The translations under genes and the position numbers were made by a program. A stretch of 64,000 nucleotides of DNA, taken from NCBI RefSeq assembly GCF_009914755.1, contig NC_060936.1; one strand, 5' to 3'. Each line of letters begins with the position of its first letter. The stretch's first letter is position 1. Shown one piece after another: positions 58,660 through 64,000 of this stretch. Origin of the DNA: the human T2T-CHM13v2.0 reference genome, Homo sapiens. The notes below the pieces were generated by a model, which worked only from the letters and a program-made list of their open reading frames with translations, was not told the DNA's origin and searched no databases.

Positions 58660-60470
58660 GTCTTTATTTGCAGATGATATGATCACCTTTGTACAAAATG
58701 CTGAGGAATCTATGAAAAAGCTACTAGAATCAATTAGTGAGTTTAGTAACCTGTTTAGATCCTGACTTTGAGTTATCCTAGATACATGGTTGATCGACAT
58801 CAATCAACTGTATTTTTATATACTAACAGTGAACATTTGGAAGTTGAAATTTGAAAGGCAATGCCATCTACATCATCAAAAGTATGAAATAATTACAAAT
58901 AAACTAAACGAAATATGTGTAATACCTATTCACTGAACACTACAAAGCATTGCTGAGAGAAATTAAAGAACTCCAAAATATAGATATATTCTGTATTCAT
59001 GGGTTATAATATTCAATAGTGTTAGGGTATTTATTCCCCTTAAATGGAAATACAGATTTGCACAATTCCAATCAAAATTCCAGAAGACTTTTTTTTAGAA
59101 ACTGACTAGCATGTTGTAAGTGTATATGGAAATGCAAAGGACTTAAAGTATCCAAACAGCTTCAAAACAAAAAGCAAAATTGGAAGACTTATACTAACTA
59201 GCTTCAAGATTTACTATAAAGCTATAATGAACATAAGTGAAATCCTGACATATAGGTAAATATAAACCAATGTAACAAAAACATAGGTCCAGGAAGAAAA
59301 CTACATATACAAAATAAGTTTATTTTCAGCAAAAGTGCCAAGGAATTCAACTGCGGAAAGAATGATCTTTTCAGCAAGCTGTTAAGAATAATTCCATATA
59401 TATATGCAATCAAATGAATCTCAACTCTAACCTTGGACTACATACAGAAATTCATATGAATTAGATCATACTACCAAATGTAAGGCTAAAACTATAAAAC
59501 TTCTAGAAGAAAATGCAAGAGAAAATCCTTGCGATCTTGAATTAGGCAAATTTTCTTACATTAAAGCACACAAAAATAATAAACTATAAGAAAAAATGAT
59601 ACAATAGACTTCATTAAAGCTAAAATTTTATCCCTCTAAAAAATAATATTAAGAAATAAAGAGACAACTCAAATTGGAGGAAACTATTACAATGCATATA
59701 TTGGAAAATTGACAGGTATACAGAAAATATAAAAAATCCATACCATTCAATAATGAAAAGACAAACAACCTAGTGTTTTTAATAGGAAAAATATTTGAAC
59801 AAACACATGGTCAAATACATATATAAGTAACATATAAGCACATGAGACAATGATTAATGTTATCTTTAGGGAAATAAAAATTTAAAACCAAAATGAAGTA
59901 TCACTATATAACCATTAAAATGCTAAAAATTGAACACATTGACAACACTAAGTGTTGGCAAACATATGAAGAAACTAAACCCACTCATAGATTGTTGATG
60001 GGAATGCAAAATGATAAAGACACTTTAGAAAATAGTTTGCAAGTTTCTTAACATATACATGCACTTCCAATAAAACATAGAAATCCCTACCTAAATATTT
60101 ATCCAGAGGAAAAAATGCATTACGTCTACAAAATGTATATAGAAATTGGAAGGACGAAAACTAGAAACGATCGAAATGTCAATCAATTAGCAAATAGATA
60201 AGCAAAGTGTGGCATATTTATAAAATGAAATGCTACTCCACAATAAAAAAGAATGTACTTCTGTACACATAAAAACATAGATGAATCTAAAAATTATTAT
60301 ATATACCAAGTGAAAGAAACAGACATAGAAGACTGCATACTCTGTAAGTCCATTTATATGGAATTTTGAGTGAAATCTAGAGTGAAAGAAAACAGATTGC
60401 AAGGAGCCTGAGATGAGGGAAAGGGATTAATTGCAAAGGGGCATGAGAAAACTTTTTGGGGTGATGGCAA
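58660..60470 (+). mobile_element. L1M ORF2 3' part and 3' UTR
   Basis: tgtctttatttgcagatgatatgatc (LFADDMI), colinear through ccatttatatggaattt. Confidence 0.85.
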
Positions 60471-60909
60471 TGTTGGTGAAACATTTGGAGAAATTGAAAA
60501 AGCTCCAATCTCAAATAAGTCAACATATTGATCACACGTTACACAAACTTCAAGAGATTTTGTGTAATAAACCAAAAAGGTATGGCTTTGCCAGCTAATT
60601 TGGTAAATCAACAGATTTAACTAGTAAATGCCATGGTGTACAGCATTTGTAAAATATTGTGTACACTCATGAAACCCAAGAAATTATTTCTGCTGCAAGA
60701 GCTGTCTGAAACAAGCAATGCCCAAGAGATATTTAATGTTTTGTCTTTATATCTAGAAATAAATCATCTGTATTGACATCTGTACTGATGTTGTTTCTTC
60801 AATTAATTATATATCCATATCCGTTCGCTGTTTTGTCTCTCTTGTAAAAAACATGAAAATTATTTGTCGCAACATACTTCTTTCTTCACAGAGGTATTCT
60901 GGTGTTAAG

Positions 60910-62650
60910 TAGTCTTGGAAATAGTCCTGAGATAACTGACTAGCCATTTGCAGAAGAATAAAACTGGACATCTCCCTATCATCATATACACAAGTTAACT
61001 CAAGATAGATTGAAGACTTAAATGTAACACCTAAAAACTATAAAAATTCTAGAAGAAAACCTAGGAAATAGCTCCCTGAACATCAGCCTTGGCAAAGAAT
61101 TTGTGACTAATTCCTCAAAAGCAATTGCAACAAAAACAAAAATTGACAAGTGGGATCTACTTAAACTAAAAAGCTTCTGCAAAGCAAAAGAAACTGTCAA
61201 TAGAGTAAACAGACAGACTACAGAATGGGAGAAATATTTGTAAACTATGCCATCCAAAAGAGGTCAAATATCCAGACTCTATAATGAACTTACAGAGTTC
61301 AACAAGCTAAAAATAAATAGCCCCATTAAAAAAAAATGAACAAAGACATCAATGATAGACTGGATAAAGAAAATGTGGTACATATACATCATGGAATACT
61401 ATGAAGCCATAAAAAGGAATTCGTTCATGTCCTTTGCAAGGACATGGATGGAACTGAAAGTTTTTATCTTCAGCAAACTAACACAGGAGCAGAAAACCAA
61501 ACACTGCAGGTTGTCACTTATAAGTGGGAGCTGAACGATGAGAATACATGGACACATGGTGGGGAACAACATACACTGGGGCCTGTTCAGCGGGCGAGGG
61601 GAGAGGGAGAGCATCAGGAAGAATATCTAATGAACGCTGCGCTTAATACTTAGGCGATAATACTTAGGTGATGGGTTGATCTGTGCAGCAAATCACCATG
61701 GCACATGTTTACCTATATTACAAACCTGCACATCTGCACATGTACCCCAGAACTTAAAATAAAAGTTGATGAAAAAAAAAGTAGGCAAAGGACATAAACA
61801 GATATTTCTCCAAAAAAAAGACATACAAGCAGCCAACAAACATGAAAAAAATGTCCCACATGACTAATCACCAAAGAAATGCAAATTAAAATCACAATGA
61901 GATACTATCTCACATGAGACAGAATGGCTGTTATTAAAAAATCAAAAAATAACAGATGTTGGTGAAGCTGTGGAGAAAAGGGAAGGCTTATACATTGTTG
62001 ATGGGAATGTAAATTAGTTCAGCCACCATGGAAAGCAGTTTGGAGATTTCTCAAAGAACTAAAAATAGAACTACCATTTGACCCAGCAATTTCATTACTG
62101 GGTATATACCCAAAGGAATATAAATCATTCTACTGAAAACACACTTGCATTCATATATTCATCACAGCACTATTCACCATAGCAAAGACATGGATTCAAC
62201 CTAGGTACCTGTCAACAGTTGACTGGATAAAGAAAATGTGATTGATAGGTGTGTGTGTGTGTGTGTATGTGTGTGTGTGTGTGTGTGTGTGTACTATGGA
62301 ATACTATGCAGTCATAAGGAAAAACAAAATCATGTCCTTTGCAGCAACATGGATGCAGCTGAAGGCCATTATCCTAAACAAATTAATGCAGGAACAGCAA
62401 ACCAAATACTGCATGTTTTCATTTATAAGTGGGAGCTAAATTTTGGGTACAAATGGACATAAAGTTGGGAACAATAGACACAGGGGACTGTCAGAGTTGG
62501 GGAAAGAGCAGGGCAAGGTTGAAAACTACCTATTAGGTACTATGCTCACTGCCTGGGTGATGGGACCATTTGTATCCCAGACCTCAGTATCAAATAATAT
62601 ACTCATGTAGCAATGTACCCTCTTCACATATATCCTCTGAATCTAAAAAA
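60910..62650 (+). mobile_element. L1PB/L1MA 3' portion
   Basis: ORF2 C-terminus (ORF 62242-62439 MEYYAVIRKNKIMSFAATWMQL) and 3' UTR; contains a (TG)n run at about 62249-62291. Confidence 0.9.
61350..61780 (+). mobile_element. L1PA 3' end nested in the older L1
   Basis: ORF 61352-61534 MIDWIKKMWYIYIMEYY...; A tail; degenerate duplication of the caaa(g)gacat target. Confidence 0.9.
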
Positions 62651-63598
62651 GATTCTCAGAAATGAAATGAAAAATGATCTGGATGATTGTAACTTTATTA
62701 AACAAAGACCAGTTTGGTTAAAGAAAAGAAAAACAGTGTGAACACATAAACTAAAAACACATAAATCTGCTACATAGAGAAATCTGTTGGCTTAGCTTAA
62801 AGAGTGTTTTTAAACAAGTTGTTTGAGTTGAAAGTTAAATTACAAAGGCAGTTTTAAGAAGATAGTAGCCCAGAGTTTTTTTGCATGCCTTAAAGATGAA
62901 AAATGGCTGCAGAAACCAGCCTCCCTGGCAGGCATTTTTATCACATAAACCAATTAAACAAGTCCCTGCAAAGTCTAAAGAAAATGTTTTGACCTTACAT
63001 GACATGATTCTTGGACTTAAAAGGAAACTCAATCTTTAGGAAAATCATGTTACAAAATTAAATTCTTAAATGTTTTCACTGCTGCTTGGGCTTGAGAGTA
63101 AGAAAGGATAACAACAAATTTCAAATCTTGAAAACCAGTCAGAAGAACTGTAGATCAGAAGTGAATAATGTTTTCAATCCATTCTCTCTGAACCTTCTGC
63201 TCAGTCTGAGAACCTGACTAACAGAGGAGAGATGAGAGAAGAACTTTGTGAGCTAATTTCAAAATGAGATTTACTGATCTGCCCCAGACACGTTCTAGCT
63301 TTCTGAATGAGAAAACTATGGAAGTCATAGGACAGCAATGAACACTTCGCTGCGGTTTTAAATTTCTTAATATGTGTCATCAAAACGTTTCTTGTTTAAA
63401 CAAGTATTAAGAATGGGGACAGAAAATCTGAGTTACTCAAAAATGTTTTTAAACAAGGAATGGAGATTGAATTTTATCATATGCTTTTTCTAGCAGATGC
63501 TGAAAATATTATTTATTTATTGTTTTGTGGGTTGACCTATTACAGCAACATAAAATATTAGTAACTTTTTCTTTTTTATTTTCAGTCATCCAAAGGAA

Positions 63599-63894
<296 letters not shown>

Positions 63895-64000
63895 AATAAC
63901 TTTTCATAAGTTAAACCATTTCTGGGATAAAATCCACCTCATTGTATTGGACTATTCTTTCACACTACTTTCATTTGCTGAGTAAACTCCAGACTTTATG

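Larger units (their letters stand above)
60480..63480 (+). mobile_element. hAT-Charlie transposase fossil, split by L1 at about 60910-62650
   Basis: Degenerate motifs in the correct order: IEKAPISN, FA..GKSTD, IDICTD, FLHR, then NFIKQRP, HREICWLS, DEKWLQ, NQLNKSLQ. Confidence 0.8.

Overview
AT-rich primate genomic DNA (Alu J/S, THE1, MADE1; no AluY recognised, no CpG island). It is dominated by interspersed repeats: Alu, L1, L2, MIR, MaLR/ERVL LTRs, and Tigger, Charlie and Mariner DNA transposons. I found no intact protein-coding gene, RNA gene or CRISPR array, and most ORFs in the track are repeat-derived or chance. The main non-repeat signal is a chain of plus-strand exon-like segments with canonical splice sites (21350-21440, 22001-22182, 22416-22556, 22790-22845, 25259-25337, 35357 onward, and weaker ones further 3'). 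Their frames are partly open but broken by stops and frameshifts, which suggests a degraded (unitary) pseudogene or a spliced lncRNA whose parent I cannot name. Also notable: a two-LTR ancient ERVL provirus (about 15.4-20.9 kb), a Charlie/hAT transposase fossil split by nested L1s, an internally deleted L1, a probable L1 3' transduction, a forkhead-motif tandem repeat and a 61-bp dispersed duplication. Repeat subfamily names are by-eye recognition, and boundaries of old repeats are approximate.
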